From contig CM060733.1 in assembly GCA_030704615.1 (NCBI GenBank), forward strand, positions 12,834,001-12,898,000: DNA of 64,000 nt, read 5' to 3'. This stretch comes from Takakia lepidozioides (lineage: Eukaryota > Plantae > Bryophyta). Positions 26,307 to 40,900 of this stretch are shown piece by piece. The position numbers and the translations under genes were made by a program. Positions within the stretch are counted from its first letter, which is position 1; every line of letters begins with the position of its first letter. A model generated the notes under the pieces. That model did not search any database and had not been told where the DNA came from. It was given only the letters and a program-made list of their open reading frames with translations.

Positions 26307-29300
26307 TTACGACAATAAAGGTTGTTCAAGATCAGCAATCTTGGCAGGAGCACTCCTTAATTTTAACGAGGATGTAGCCCGTTTCAATCGGCGCTCGTGC
26401 CCTTGTCCAGAGACAACAAGATAGAGGCCAGCAACAGTCACAATGCCTCCCAAGATACTGCACACAACCCACGATCTCAGGAAATGAATTTGCTTGATCT
26501 CTCTCCCTCTCTCCCTCCATTGCTGGATTAAGTTTACTATTATGAGCTCATCAATCTTGATGATGCTCACATGTGATCCATGAAGCAATGCTAAGAAAAG
26601 GCGCTTACAAGGTACATCACTTGTAAATTGTCTTCTCTTGTTGAAGGTATATAGAAATGGCTATATCTTCATGACATGGATGTCTACCTGAAACCTTTTA
26701 ATTCGGTTGTCAAATAAATAGGTTGACTCATAATGATCCCCTTATACCCTAGCTGCCACAGTTAATGTACTATGCTGTAAACAGTTGGCTTTCCAAGGGT
26801 TAGCCATAACACCATAGACTGTGTGTGTGTGAGATATAAATGAAGTAAGGCACAAGTTCCCTGAACTTGTTGCCCGTTTGTGACATGGGTGAGGACCTTA
26901 AGGCTGATCTGAAGGGCACACCTATCCTCAGCACTAGACTGAAAGTTAAAATATAGCAGGAGTCTACCTTTGAACAATAAACGGACGCAGAGAGGAAAGG
27001 GAGATTGTGTGGGTGGGAGGACCATCGAGAACTTAGTCCCTGCACCTCTGTTAACCAACTTTCAAAATCTCCAGGCTGAGCCTAAAGCCCCTGTTGGGGT
27101 CTAAATGCTTGCAGCTCACAGACAGCAGATTGTGCCTGTGTGAAGGGCTTGTGAGAGGAAATTTGGAAAGCTCCAACCAGTTCTTTTATACCAAGGTAAT
27201 TCCCAATACTGGAGTGAGCCCCTCAAAAAGGGAGTGTCTGTTCCCTCTTGTTCCGCCCAAACTGGGTGCAGGGTCTATGTCCACAAGGAAGCAAACGTCT
27301 CATGAGTACGTTCCCTCTGTGATAAAAACAAATTGTTTATATCAGGGTGAGGCCACTTCTGGAGTGGGGCCCCTCACAAAGATAGTGTCTGTTCCCACTT
27401 CCTGCCCAAACTGTTTGAGGTCTATGGCCGCAAGGCTATGGCAAACAACATCTTATGAGTACTTTCTCTCTGTCCACATGCGTGGGATACATGGCATGTG
27501 AAGTCCGTGTGTGCAGTGTCCCAAGAAGCCAACCCAACAAGGCCTGGATTTGAACACCAAAGAAAAGGCTGAATTTTGTGCTTTGCAAGCAGTCATACTT
27601 GTCCCTGGGTTATTCGTAATTGGATTCAAGGATAGTTATACACTACGGTTGCTGTGTACTTTCCTCTGAAGTTGACAAGTGAATGCAACTTACGTCCCAA
27701 GGTAGAGAGATTCGCCCAGAAATAGAACTGACAACACAGCCACGACCACCATCTGTATAGGGGCTTGGACAAAGAGACAAACACATATCTGCATGGATCC
27801 AGTCAAATGGACAGGCAACCTGACGACAAGGTCGACAAAACAGGATGGCTAAATGTATGGTACCTGTAGAATAAGATAACCCGCCCATGATAGGCATTGC
27901 AAAATCAGACAAACTGCACCAAGATAAAATTTATTAATGGAGAAATTCAGGATATCTGCACCAAAATATCCACCCAGAGAACTTAAGGGTTGAATAGTGT
28001 CAACTTCAGGCTCGACAGTTACACCTGAAATGATAGCAGTCCCTTTGTACACTACCTTGAGAACTGCTCCCCCCACACAAATAACGGTGCCAACGACTTT
28101 GGCTATGCCATCCCTTCTCCTTATGCAAACTTCTTCCAACCTGTGGAGACATTCTTCACCACGTAAGTGTTCAATGGCCCATTTCAAGGAAAATAACTGA
28201 GACAAAACCTGCAACCAGCTGACTGGTTGTGGTCCAAGTCTAACTTATCAAAAGGATTGAAGAGCTGAGTGATATCGTTGCTGTCCAGTGAGCAGGGACA
28301 ACATAGAATTTGGGCTTTGTCCACCAGGTTTTATGTGAGCATTTCACATCAGCAATGGCCATATTAGAGGGTTCACTTTCATATCTAAGTAGCCAAGCAT
28401 ACATTGGAATCCACAAGTGTGTGAACTCTTGTGGATTCAACATCATTTTTAGAGATTTAAGACCTCAATCCCACAGGGAGGCCGTGCTCTAAATTGCAGT
28501 CAAATTTGCAGTGTGGTAACTCCGTGTCTTAATCCTTGTAGGGTCGTGAGTGCTCATGCAGCTGGCCTAGACCAATTGTGTGAAGAAACTCCAATAGTAC
28601 ACAACTTGGGATATAAATCTAAGCACCAATCCTATCTACAGACTGCAGAAAATCTTATGGTATGCCAGCTAAAACAAACACTGTTCAATTTGCAGTCATG
28701 AAACTGAGAACACCTAGGCCTGCATATGGTTGTGCTAATACACCACATTTAAATATATATGGAGGGAACAGACACAGGAGATCTGGTCATACCCAAATGA
28801 GGCAGCGATCACAAAGGTGAAGACTGGAATCATGTTTTGAGAGACAGCAGCAAACATGGGCGATGTTAATGACAGGCCTGTCATAAAGAGTTGTTGGGAT
28901 CCCACTATCCTGAACATGAGCCCATAACGATGAAGTTAGAGGTGGCATCCAGTAGAAAATTTGCCAACCACTCACACTTGCAAATGCTACATGATCAACA
29001 CTGGATGGAATGATCAATAAATTAGGACAACAATTCCAGCGAACAACCATCCCAATCCTGCATGTGTTGATCAGCTTTCTCAAAATTGCAGCTCTCTGTC
29101 TCATTTCAAGGAAAAACAAAATAACCTTATCTTCATTGAAGTCTGAAAGGACTCCTGTCATCTCCTCTAAATAAATCAAGAGTATATCTAAGTGGAGCGC
29201 ATATTAAGCCTTAATGCTCGAAGGTATACTGACGAAGCTCAGAATTTTCTACCCACTTATAGAGAAGACCCAGCATATAATAACTGTGTGTGCACAATGG

Positions 29301-30423
29301 CAAACGGACAGGTTTGACAGGTACAAATTTACGATCAAGGGACAGTACAGATCTGAAGTACAGTGAGGCTCTCACGTGAGGCTTCAACAGTATAAACCAT
29401 GGATCATATCTAGTACTGTCTAATACTTCCATTGAACAATTGTGAATCGTTTTCCAAAGAACGCATTCTACCAAGTTGTACATGCGTAGAGATACCAAGG
29501 TGACAACTTACCCCGTTAAAGCAAGAACATTGAACTGGAAGAAAGTTGAGACTGTGAAATTAGGCCTCTCCTTTCTGCACAACGAGAAACAAGATCTCAA
29601 TGTAATGCATGAAAATCCGCACATACACGAAAGCTCCAGTGTTCCAGATGGAGTTTTGAATTTCTCCTGGGGGTTACTTTTAAACTTGATCTCGTGTACG
29701 TAACCTCGGGGCGCTGCCCATACAGACTGCGGTGGAGTCGCTCTAGGTTACCAGTACTGAAGAACTTCACTGGTACTTCGGAGATTTAAGGAAGGGTTTA
29801 AAGGGACAAGAGTGGCCATTTCGATCCCGAGCATTCACACGATGTTCGACTGAGTGTCCAGAAGTCGGGTCGAACTTTGCGAGACTATACTTGAAGAAGA
29901 AGACATAAGAGGAATTACTAGTCGGGAAGAGAGAGCTACTGATCAGATCAACGCGGATTGTCCAAAGACACCAATCTCGGCTTCGCGCGAGCGAAAGAGG
30001 AGTCTAAGTTGTCCAATAGCAGAGTGGAATTTAAGTTGAACGCCCAATTCTGAGCTCAATCATGTTCACGACGTCGAGAGTTAGGGAGGGCTTGAAAAGA
30101 TAGAAACTGCTGAAGACACACAGCCTGTATGCGCGCATGCTCAAGTGATGTGCTCAAAGAGAAAGCATTTGAAATGACGAGTTCCCGAAGCTTTACCTCT
30201 CAATGAAGTAAGCGAATGGCGCTACCAGCACAAAAGCAATAAGATTTCGATAAATGGAGAAGACAAATGGACTGAGGCCGCTGGTGAGCGCCACTTTTGT
30301 GAGGACCTGACATCCTCCATAGCCTAATTGCACTAATGCAAGAGAAAAATGAACTCTTCTTATAGAGTATGGATTCTTCGGCGTTGGCGGCGAAAAGCCC
30401 TCGGCTTGATGACCTTCTGGCAT
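26307..30423 (-). CDS. WAT1-related/UMAMIT (MtN21, EamA) transporter with an internal deletion in the second EamA repeat (possibly pseudogene)
   Basis: Exons 30423-30197, 29574-29512 (63 nt), 28909-28793 (117 nt), 28140-27864, 27788-27694, 26457-26307 give a 309-aa open frame. Motifs VFSIYRNLIA, ERKERP, IPVFTFVIA, GIAKVVGT, FLGESLYLG, GLYLVV, LEQPLL. The usual exon 5 and start of exon 6 are absent. Confidence 0.85.
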
Positions 30424-31748
30424 GATATCCGAGGTTGAATGATCAATTCAGATGCGCTGCTAAGATTCTGGAAGGAAAAGCTTGTCGATCAAACGTGCCT
30501 GCACACCCAAAATGGCTCAAATCATGACACAGATCTAGTCTGCGGGTAATGTACAGCTACAGATCCATTCACAGAGAAGTCGGACGCCTGAAAATGCTAC
30601 TTCTTTCAGCTACCAGCCCAATTTCTCATTCAACTTCTAGGGAGTTGTAGCGTGAAGCGAGCGAGAGAGAGCGAACAATGATTTCGGCCACTGCGTAAAG
30701 ACAGACAATGGTTGGAGAGGGCGGAGGCCAGAACGGATTTCCCATTCTCAAATAGTACAAGCACTGGTAGGAAGGCAATTAAGGAGAAGACTTATAATAA
30801 TGTAATGCAGTGTTGCAGCCAACTTACCCGGCTCAGGAACTAGCAGTATTCTCCTCCCCACTAAAGTGATTTTTACTCCGATTAGGTACATCAAAGATCG
30901 GTACATCGTTCCAGCTAGTGAGTTACGGCTCTTCTCAAGATATTCATGGCGACAGAAATGTTTGGTGCCCCATGCATGGCTGTGGCCCACCGCACAGATT
31001 TGCATTTGCGTGTGTGGTGGGGCCAAATAGAGATGCCCTGGAGGGCTGGAGTAAAGGAGGAAAGGAGCAGCTCAGCCTCATCTTAAAGTACACAACCCGC
31101 ACGTGCTAAGTGAGGGATCCGTGATCAGACGTTCAGATGCTGCCATGCTGGTCATGCAACTCTGGCCTGGCCCCTACATTATCGGACCATGCTGTTCGCT
31201 AAAAGAAACAGTGAGGTACCTAACTTAGTGCTCAGGAGCTTGCAAGCTGCGATGCTAGTCTGGATGCTTGCAAGTTGCAGCAGTCCAGCTCGCACAGCAC
31301 AGGGTTCACCACTCTCACTTGTTTTCCTTGAAATTTTGAAATGGGTTTTTTTTTCACTTTTTGATTTACAAGCTTTGATTGTCACAGTGTGGTGTCACAT
31401 TCCCTTAAGTTGTTTATAGAAACCTCCAATGCGAGCACACTAGAAACTACTTACAAAGGTTTTTTAAAATGCTCTGGAACTTCTCATAAAAGATGTGTCT
31501 CCATTGGCACAAGGAGCTAATTGAACATTCCTTTGAGGAAAATTTGGCACCATTCCCTCTCAACTTGGTGTTCAACTACTCATCACAGGGAACTGTGCAT
31601 CACTGGGAATTTTGCAACTTCCCCGTATAGGTTAATGGGGGAAAAAATTCACTCAAATAGGGAGGATATATACTCAAGATTTCCCTCTTCTTCATAGAGG
31701 GTATCAATTTAGAATTTCCACTTCATCAATGTTGAAATCTTTGAGGAG

Positions 31749-31925
31749 ATGTTTATCGCATTCCATTCTTTGTTTCAACAGGAATGTTTATTGCATTCCA
31801 TTCTTTGTTTCAACGGAATGTTTATTGCATTCCATTCTTTAGTCTAAGAGGAATGTTTACTGAATTCCATTCTCTATTCAAGAGGAATGTCTATTGAATT
31901 CCATCATTAGTCCAACATGAATGTG
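31749..31925. repeat. ~34-35-bp tandem repeat (5 copies) with internal palindrome
   Basis: Units ATGTTTATTGCATTCCATTCTTTGTTTCAACAGGA; GGAATG-N7-CATTCC inverted repeat spanning unit junctions. Confidence 0.9.
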
Positions 31926-33479
31926 TAGGAAATGAAATGTTCATCCCAAAAGAATTGTACTCCTAATTGTCCTCATGTGTTGTCCTTTATGTTTGCAGCG
32001 CCGAGGCAAATCACTCCATCTCCCTCTACTACAACATCCACAAGAGTAATTCTCCCTCTTGGCGCCCACTCCACTACCATGTCTAAATCCTGCAATCGCT
32101 GCATATGGGCTGATAGCTTCTTTCCCTTGCCTTTCTTTCTGGCCACAGTAGACACTTGAACAACCATTGCAGAAATCCTAGGCAAGACATCATGGAGATT
32201 CTGTAAGCCCAACACATGCATAGCAATGGCCTTTTTTGAGCTGGGAGATAACCTTTCCAGGAGCTGCGCACATGTACAAGCAAGTTTAGAACTTAAATAG
32301 AAAAACTAGCACAACAATATACACCCATATCTTAACTCCACAACCTCCATTTGAACCCCATAATGCAACTTGATCTGTCCTCCTATTGATTATAAAGAAC
32401 CCAAATTTGAACCAGAAGTCAGCTTGCCAAGGATTCTCGTCACTAACTTTTTATCATATTTGGAAAAGCGAGCTCTTGTTGTGCCTTGGTCACTGTCCAC
32501 CTTGTCAGAGCTGCTGGAAACAATTTTGCTACCAAGGCAAGCCATTGAATTTGTACTACAAAGAACTTCATCACCAGGACAGCCCTTTGAATTTTTGCTA
32601 GATCCAGGTGCACGAACCTTGCAAGCAGTAGCCTTCTTGTTTTCAGATTGTAGTTCCTCCACTGGTTGGGATAAAACTTCCTCAGGTAAGATCTTCCATA
32701 GTGACAGTGCTCCTCCTTTGGTAGATTTGGGGGCCTTTTTCCAAAGATACACTCATAGCTTGGAGCAGGGATTTCTGACCCGTGGTACCTCTCAAGCAAA
32801 CCTTTACACCCAAAAAAGAATGAGAACGCTAAATACAAGAATAGCTAAAAACAACAAAGGCACCAAGAATATAGTTTATCAGCTAGACCACAGGTGTGTA
32901 TGTGCAAATCACCTGTACTTGTGGCTTGTGGTTGGAGTGGCTGGAGTACTGGTACTGGCTGTGGATGTGGGCACGACAATGGCATCATCTCCTCATCAGT
33001 ATGATACAATGTTTGCCACTAGGGTAGAGGGCAGGATTAAAGCTTTATTCTTTATACTCAAATCTGTAAATCAATAGAGTAACAACAAAATAATCTAGAA
33101 TGGTAAGTAGACACCTATGATGCATTGCATGCGGCAGATAACTTCCTGCCAAGATATGAGACCTATTCTACATAGGGTTCAGGTTGTTCCCTTGACCTTA
33201 TATGAAGACGGCGGAGAAATACAAAACCATTAGTAAGGCCATTTCTAATCCAAAAGCTAATTCTTACTGCAAAAATTTTGTTATAAAGGAGAAAAGAAAA
33301 GAAAAGAAAAGAGACAGGTGAAAAGAGATTATAACAGACAGTCGAGAGACCCACAAAGTAAAGCTGAAGCCGATGTGCTTACAAATTTTCGTGCACTGCT
33401 CCAAAAGTCGTCTCTTACGGACTTGCAGTTCTTAGTTACTACCTACAGTTTCACAACAAATTCAGAAGACAAACCAGAA

Positions 33480-35720
33480 AGGTGGGTGAAAATACCAGAG
33501 ATTTGGGAGCCGGGTTGCCTTCACACAAGGCTGACACTGTAGCATCAGTGACACCCGCAGCTTGGCCTGCATTCACAGCCTCTAGGGTGCCACACTGCCC
33601 TAATGCCTTCAGCCCTGCCTCACTCAGCTGGAAGACCCGCACCCCTTTGTCACTAACCTTCCTCTTCATATCTGACTCAGACTCCAAAAGACCGTCCAGA
33701 GAAAACTCATATATGAGGCAGAAACATTAGAGCGAGACACCCCCTAACATGGGCAGAGCTTGCCCTAATGGGGCATGGAGATAAGTTACACTCCCATGGC
33801 CACTCCCATGGTGGGACAGATGTTTACAGAAAGTACTTTGGCCTTCATTGACTCCCAAGAACTCTTTACCGCTGCCCTTTGGGACCTCCAATATTGCCAC
33901 CAGAAAGTTGTTTCAAAAACCTTCAACAGCCCTGGACCACATAGAGGGAGAAAGAAGAGAGAGAGAAAGGCAAGCAAAAACTTCTCAATGTAACTCATTA
34001 AATTAAAACTTTACCTGGCTGGTTCGTCACAGATTACTGCAAGTGTACATCCGCATGCTACTGTATGAATGTTTTCTCACTAACTACAGCCATAACTAGT
34101 GTGCCACAGTCGACCACACAAAAAGCTATCACTTACAACAGGCGAGATCAACCTCCCACTCAGACTATGATAAGAATCGCAGTTTTCCTGCTTTGAAAGG
34201 CCATCGTGAATCATGTACAAATCAGCCGCACTGGCCTTCACAGGGTTGTCACATTTTCCAAACGAAATGTGGCAAAATTGACCTCAGCACTCTGGTTGCA
34301 CTGCTAGGAACACTCACTGTGTGCAGGCAATGACATTTTAACGAATTGAAATACCTGGGAGGGCACAGGGACCATCGCTGCATTGCGTGGCAGTCCACAG
34401 TGAGCGCAAAATTTTGCCTCCAACAATCTAAACCTCTCCCCACAGCCCTCACAGAACGCAAGCATATTCTGATGAGGAAGAAGCCCGTGCTATGGCACCT
34501 GAGGTAAGGAGTTGTTGAGTTTTCTCCTCCTGCAGGCCATAGCCCCTCCAACCAGGTCTCCTTATCAGCAGTTCAATCATGAAAAACCCTAGACAGCTTC
34601 AGGAAAATTCACGTCTCAGGCATCAAGTAGGTAGGTACGTAGGTAGGTAGGTAATAGCAATGTTTCAATAAAAGCTTACATCTTAATTCAGCTACTACCA
34701 ATGGCCCCTGGAAAGCAAAGAGAACTCAGCTAGAGCTTGACACCATGTGCAGGCCGAAAGCACTAAGCATATGTCACCTATGCAGGTGTGGTGGTGTCTT
34801 GCAAATATTGGAAACCACCTCCTAAGTTCTGGTAATAACAGTAATGCATGGATGTCAACATGGCAGAGACAACTCACCCTTAATCCTGCAGCTTGTAGCC
34901 TTGCCACCTAGAGCTAAAGCCAACCCCAGCAGCCCGCTAGAATACATCAGTAGAGTGTCAGTAACATTTTCCTGACAGTGATCAAGTCTATGATATGCAT
35001 ACCCTACATAATGTTGAGCACCAAGGTCAGTCTGAAACAACAGGGGCAGTGACTACTTGACCTTACATACTTAGAATACCCGGAAATACTTAATGACCAT
35101 GATATATTCTACAGCAAGTAGAGCATGAAGGAGTGTCTGAATTAATATGAGCAGAGACTACATATAATCAGAAACCCCTGAGACACCTAACTGCTGAAAA
35201 GTAAAATTACAATGATGAGGGAGGGACATAGCTAGAGGGGGGCCGAGGTGGGGGGGAGGATGGAGGTGGAAGGGGAGGTGAAGCTCGCTCAACATACAGA
35301 TAAACGTCTTCTGGCTGGACATGCTTGGCCATAGTTCTGCTCATGCAACACGCTTTTATTTCATCATCTTAGAGCAGCTGCAATTCTCACAGTAGACAGT
35401 CAATCTAAGAATATGAGACAAGTAAACTATATCCTTGTTTATGAATGCAAACATACCATGGAAGCGGATAAGGGAATCGGGACTACGCAATTGAGCACTC
35501 TCCTTGGACCACATTTGGTTGATCCCTAAGGTTGAGATGCCATATGATATATCGACATGGCGTGGCAGTGAAAGGCTGCTAACTGCAATTATCTAAGACC
35601 AGCTTCTGTATAGTCACACAAATAAGGTGAACTGAGGGTGGAGGTGGTTAAGGTATAAAAGAGAGATCGCTCACCTCAGCTTCCATCGTGAACAGGCGTG
35701 CTTGAATCATAGGCGTGGGG
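33480..35720 (-). pseudogene. Possible decayed F-box/LRR (cysteine-containing LRR) gene
   Basis: RKVSDKGV, LSEAGLKALGQCGTLEAVNAGQAAGVTDATVSALCEGNP, LDHCQENVTDTLL and KLVLDNC in broken frames with splice-like junctions. Confidence 0.4.
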
Positions 35721-35926
35721 CTCTTCAACCTCATCTTCGTCTTCATCTTCGTCTCTCTCTGCCATGTTTACAAGGCTAACGCCTAAGGGATATATCCACA
35801 ACAAATCTGATTTGCGCACTACCCCCGAAGATCGAATCGCCTTACTGCAACAACATTGCTTGCGACCGCTCATGATGCCGCTTTTGGCATCACCTTGAGC
35901 AAGGGTTCACCTTGAACCCTTTTTGA

Positions 35927-37990
35927 CTAGGAAGATAACCTTGATTGCTTGTACCGGAGCAGTCCATTTTGCAAGTGAAACTGCGATTTAACCCCCATCC
36001 TCAAGTCCCGCATCACGGACTTTGCCATCTCATCCTTCCAGTAAGCCTTCCGGATCTTCCTTTGGATCGTCGTCTCGCCCCTGTATACCAACATGAGCTG
36101 TTTTTTTCTACTTAAAGTATCGGCCACCACATTGTCCCGTCCCGATTTGTACTGGATATCCACGTCGAACACCGCCAAAGTGTCTTGTCACTTGAGTTGT
36201 TTTGGAGACAACTTAGGCTGCGTGGCAAAATACTTCACCGTGATATTGTCCATGAACACCTTCACCGGGTTGGAACCAACATAGTGGCGCCAAAGCTCAA
36301 GGCAATGTACCACCGCCTTCATCTCTTTCTCGTGCGTTGGCCACCGTCGCTCCACTTCATTCAGTTTCTTACTTTCGTAAGCCATTGGACATCCATTCTG
36401 AAGAGCACAAACCCAATTGCGAAGTCCGACGCATCTGTATGAATCTCAAATGGATGGTCGAACTCCGGGATTTTCAAGATTGGAGCTTCTGTCATCCGCT
36501 GCTTCAACTCGGCAAAAGCTTGGCCACAAAAGGTGTTCCATACCCATACCTTGGACTTACACAGAAGGTCTGACAGCGGCCCCGCAATCTTGGCAAAATT
36601 TCTCACATACTTTCGGTAATAGGAGGCGAGTCCTAGGAAGGATCGCACTCCCAGGACCGAAGTCGGAGGCTCTCAATCCAAGATTGCCCTCACATTTCTG
36701 TCATCCATTTTGATCCCATCCTATGTAATCACATGCCCTAGGAACTCCACTTTTGTGACCCCGAATTCGCACTTTGAAGCTTTGGCATACAGCTTCCCTT
36801 CCCGCAATTTCTGGAACACCCTTTTGAGGTGCTCCAGGTGGTCTTCCTTTGTTTTCGAGTAAACCAAGATATCGTCGATGTACACGATCACAAAGTCATC
36901 CAACCACTCCTGGAAAAGGCTGTTCATTAGCGTGTTAAAGGTCGCAGGTGCGTTGGTGAGCTCAAAAGGCATCACCAAGAACTCATATGACCCATACCTT
37001 GTCTCGCACGCGGTCTTCTCCTCATCTCCTTCCGCCACTTGGATTTGATGGTAGCCGGAGGGCAAATTGATCCGGCTGAAATACTTCGCTCCTGCCAACC
37101 GAACGAAGAGGTCGTCGATCCTTGGCAAATGGTACCGGTTTTTTATAGTCACCTTATTCATAGCCCTGTAATCGACACACATCCGCAACGTCCCATCCTT
37201 CTTGTCTGCGAATAGCACCGGGGCTCCGTAGGGTGACTTACTCGGCCGGATGTACTGCTTTGACATTAGATCCTTGAGCTGAGCCTTCAGCTCGACCAAC
37301 TCTCTGTGGCTTAACCGGTAGGGCGCCTTGGCAGGCGGCTCCAATCCCGGTATCACCTCAATCTTGTGGTCAACTCCTCTTCGCGGTGGCAAACCGCTTG
37401 GTAAATCCTCCAGCATCACATCCTGGTATTTCTCCAAGATCCCCTTGATCCAATCGGGGCTCGGCTCCCTATCGACTTCTCCCTCCATTTGTCTCACGTA
37501 AAGCAAAAATTGGGGCTCGTGTGGCTTCTCCACGGCCCACTCCCTTGCTCACAGCAAGTTTATTCGCCCTCCCACGGGGTTGGGCGTTTCCGACACTCGT
37601 AAAACTTCACCACCATTCCCACACGGTAGCGTGACTATTCTCTTGCGGCCATCTATGACCGCTCCGGATTTGCTCAAAAAGATCATCCCCAAAAATGAGA
37701 TCCACTCCATCGATCTCGCAATTGGTGAAGTTCTCACGTCCCTCCCAACTCCCAAGCTGAAGAGGAACATCGAACGTCAACCTCGTCGCCAATTGTGGTT
37801 CTCCTTTGGCATAAGACACTTCAATAGAGGCCCCCACATCACTTGTCGGGAGCCCCAGCTTCCGTGCCGTTGCCGGTGTCATGAAGGAGTGCGACGCTAA
37901 TGTGTTCACCAACAACAACACGTTAGTTCCGGAAATTATCCCACTCACGAACATTAACTGACTCCCTTTTCGCAAGCGCCAGTTTCCTGA
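35927..37990 (-). mobile_element. Ty3/gypsy (chromovirus-like) pol remnant: protease, RT, RNase H, start of integrase region; frameshifted and truncated at both ends
   Basis: LLVNTLASHSF (protease), [80 protein letters not shown]. Confidence 0.95.
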
Positions 37991-37995
37991 CCGGG

Positions 37996-40900
37996 GTGAA
38001 ACATCGGAGAGACTGTCATGTATGTTGTCAAAAGTGTCATGTGTGTGGTAAACCCCGTAAAGATGTGTTGGCCTTTGAATACCGACCTTTGGGAGGTCTT
38101 CTAGCTAGCATGTGCAGAAGCCGTACATTATGCCACCATTTTCTAACTTTGTGGAGGAATAGGGATAAATGGATAGGGTTGCCCAAGGACCACAAACCAC
38201 ATAACATCAAGGAATTTTGGGATGGTGCTAAACTACGAGAATTGCAAGCATTTTGGGATCCACAGTCTGAATGGGAAGCCCTGTTATGTGCCCAAATCAA
38301 GCATGTCGACGTTGTTTCACAGCCTTTCCTTCCAAGTGCTCAAAATTAAGACTGAATTGGAATGTGCAACTTGAGCTATATTTGTTTTTGTGTCTTGAGT
38401 GCTCAACTCTTGTGGAGGCACCCAAGCAATTCAAGAAGGCAAGTAATATATTCCTCAACTTTTTCCTCATTCATGTATTGTTGATAAATTTTTACCATGT
38501 CTTCTTGTCTGGAATGGTGTTCTTCTTCTTCTACTTAGGACTGCCTTTAGGATGGCAATGAGGAGATAAACATGTGGAGAAAAATTGATTTTGGAAAATG
38601 GAACGAAGCTGGAGAGACCTTCAGACCAGTGATGGCATCATTGGTAGAGAGAAAGTGAGATGATGAATCTGGAGCAATTGCATGTTCATACAAGGGGATT
38701 GATACAGGTCATGTTGTTATCTTTGTACTAAGATAGATGTCCACAAAGGGATTGTTGTATTCGGGCCTACAAATTTGTCACAACAGAATTAGGGTTCTGG
38801 CTACATGGAGGGGGGGGAACTGTATAGTTTCTCTAAGGACAATATTCTAAAGTTTTATTCCAAAACTGATGCCCTAATTGATGATGAGGTGGTATCTTCT
38901 ATTGACAGGGAGATCCAAGACATTTTGCAATCCTAGGCCACTGGGATGGGTTCCAAAGTGCACGGACCCGGCAAAGGGATTGTTGGACACTGGAGGTGGT
39001 TGTTTTAAATGCTGGAAAGGTCTCTCCTATAGGTCCCATTCCCATCTTGTTCATTCCTGCTAGCTCCGACAAAATCATTAAACAGGCAGAGACAAGTATT
39101 CTCTCCGCGTTTGTGGAACCTTTTGTACAAGAATTAGAAGATGCCTTTATCAAGGGCATCAAGGTTACATATGCCTATCCAAGTCAGCTGATTAGTGAGC
39201 ATCTTCCTCTTCACCCTCTTGATGAGCCTATCATGTTACATGCCATCCCGATGAATTTTACAGGAGACCACCCAGCATAGTGTAAAATTGGAGGGCTAAA
39301 AGACGGTGGTTACTCGGGGTGTCGGCGACACAAGATTTTCCTCGAGTTGCAAATGCACCACCTATATGGGTTCGATTTATCTCTAGATCTCGTTTATGAT
39401 GTGATGCATACATTGGCATTGTGTGTACTCAAAAAATATGTTGGGTTGTTGGTTGACACGATGGAAAAACTTGGGCGGATGAAGGAGCTGGAGGAGGGTT
39501 TAGCAATTGCTTCAGCTCCAAGAAGAAGACCTAAAGGATTAGGTGGACGGTGGCCTCGGAAATTGTCATCCTTGGGATACTACAAAGTTGAAGAATACCA
39601 GCTTTTTGTGATGTGGTGTTTACCATGTATACTTGAGCATTTAGATTTGGGGAAGAATATTGTCTTGGGTGGTGTTGGCGTAGTACTTACAGAAATATGT
39701 CGACACTTTTATTCCCACTCTCGAAAGTATGGATGGACAGAGGAAGCAATGCAAGTTGCTCGTATGTTGCTTTCAGCGTGGCGTGTGAGATTAGAGGAGA
39801 GTATCGAATCCAATGCCTCGCCACTTGAGCATGTAGCAGGTGAATGGCTAATGACATGAGTACCCTACAAATTAGGAGATGGATAGTGTTGTGCCATAAA
39901 AGATGTCTTTGTTGTGAAAGAATATTGATATGGAGATTGTGGTAATAGATGGAGATGTATTATACAGGGGCTGGTGAGCTATTAGATGACGTCGTACCAT
40001 GCAAATTAGGAGATCTGCAGTCAAATGTTGTGCCATGAAATACATCTCAAGGTTTGTTGTGAGAAAATATTGACCGACAGTCAAACAATTTGAGAAGCAT
40101 GTTATTCAGGTGACAAGAATGTGACTACAGCTTACATTTGAGGATATGAAAGTTGTAGTAATGGAGATCTGTTTTACAGGGGCTGGAGAGCTGTATGATG
40201 ACGTCATCCGGCATGGCTGCCATGACATATATTGGTGTTATGCCTTTGAAAGGCAAGTCTCTAACTACATGGCGGTCCCAACCAACCAAAATCTGAATGA
40301 AGTATCCTACATGCAGTTCTTTGAAGGTCAATTTTTCACAATGACCTTTTCATATATTCAGTTGGATGATGATGGTATGTTGGCGCATGGTCGAGCTTTG
40401 AAAGAGCTTCATGAGTTTCTTCAGCCCCCCAGCAATGTCTATCGACCTGCGATCAGGGATCCCTCACAATGTGACGAGTGGCATAGTGGTTGTGTCATCG
40501 TTACACCTTCACAAGTTCTGGCAAGACACATGTCGAAAAAGGTACATGTATTGGAACCTTGCTGGTGCAGGAGCATGATAGAAGAGAAAGGTATTTTTGT
40601 GGGTCCAAAGACTCCAGTCTTAAAAAACGTGGGTCCTAGCACGAGCTTGTATCTGGAACAGTTTTGGAGAAACCGGTTGGCAATGACAGATGCAAACAGA
40701 CATCTTTTCAGCAAAGAAATATCGGAGGTGAGATTTTTGTTGAGAGAAGGCACATAATATCGAAAAGGTGATTTTGTGGTCGTAAAATCAGATACTGAAA
40801 ACCAAAACCATGCATGGATGTGGAAAGCCAAAATCTTAGGGTTTTTTCTTCATGAGTTTGACGGGTACATATGCGGCTTCTTTGAGGCAATTTACTTCGA

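Noticed and set aside
31973-33077. Overlapping ORFs up to 235 aa
   Set aside because: No recognisable domain and conflicting frames; probably a decayed TE or gene remnant.
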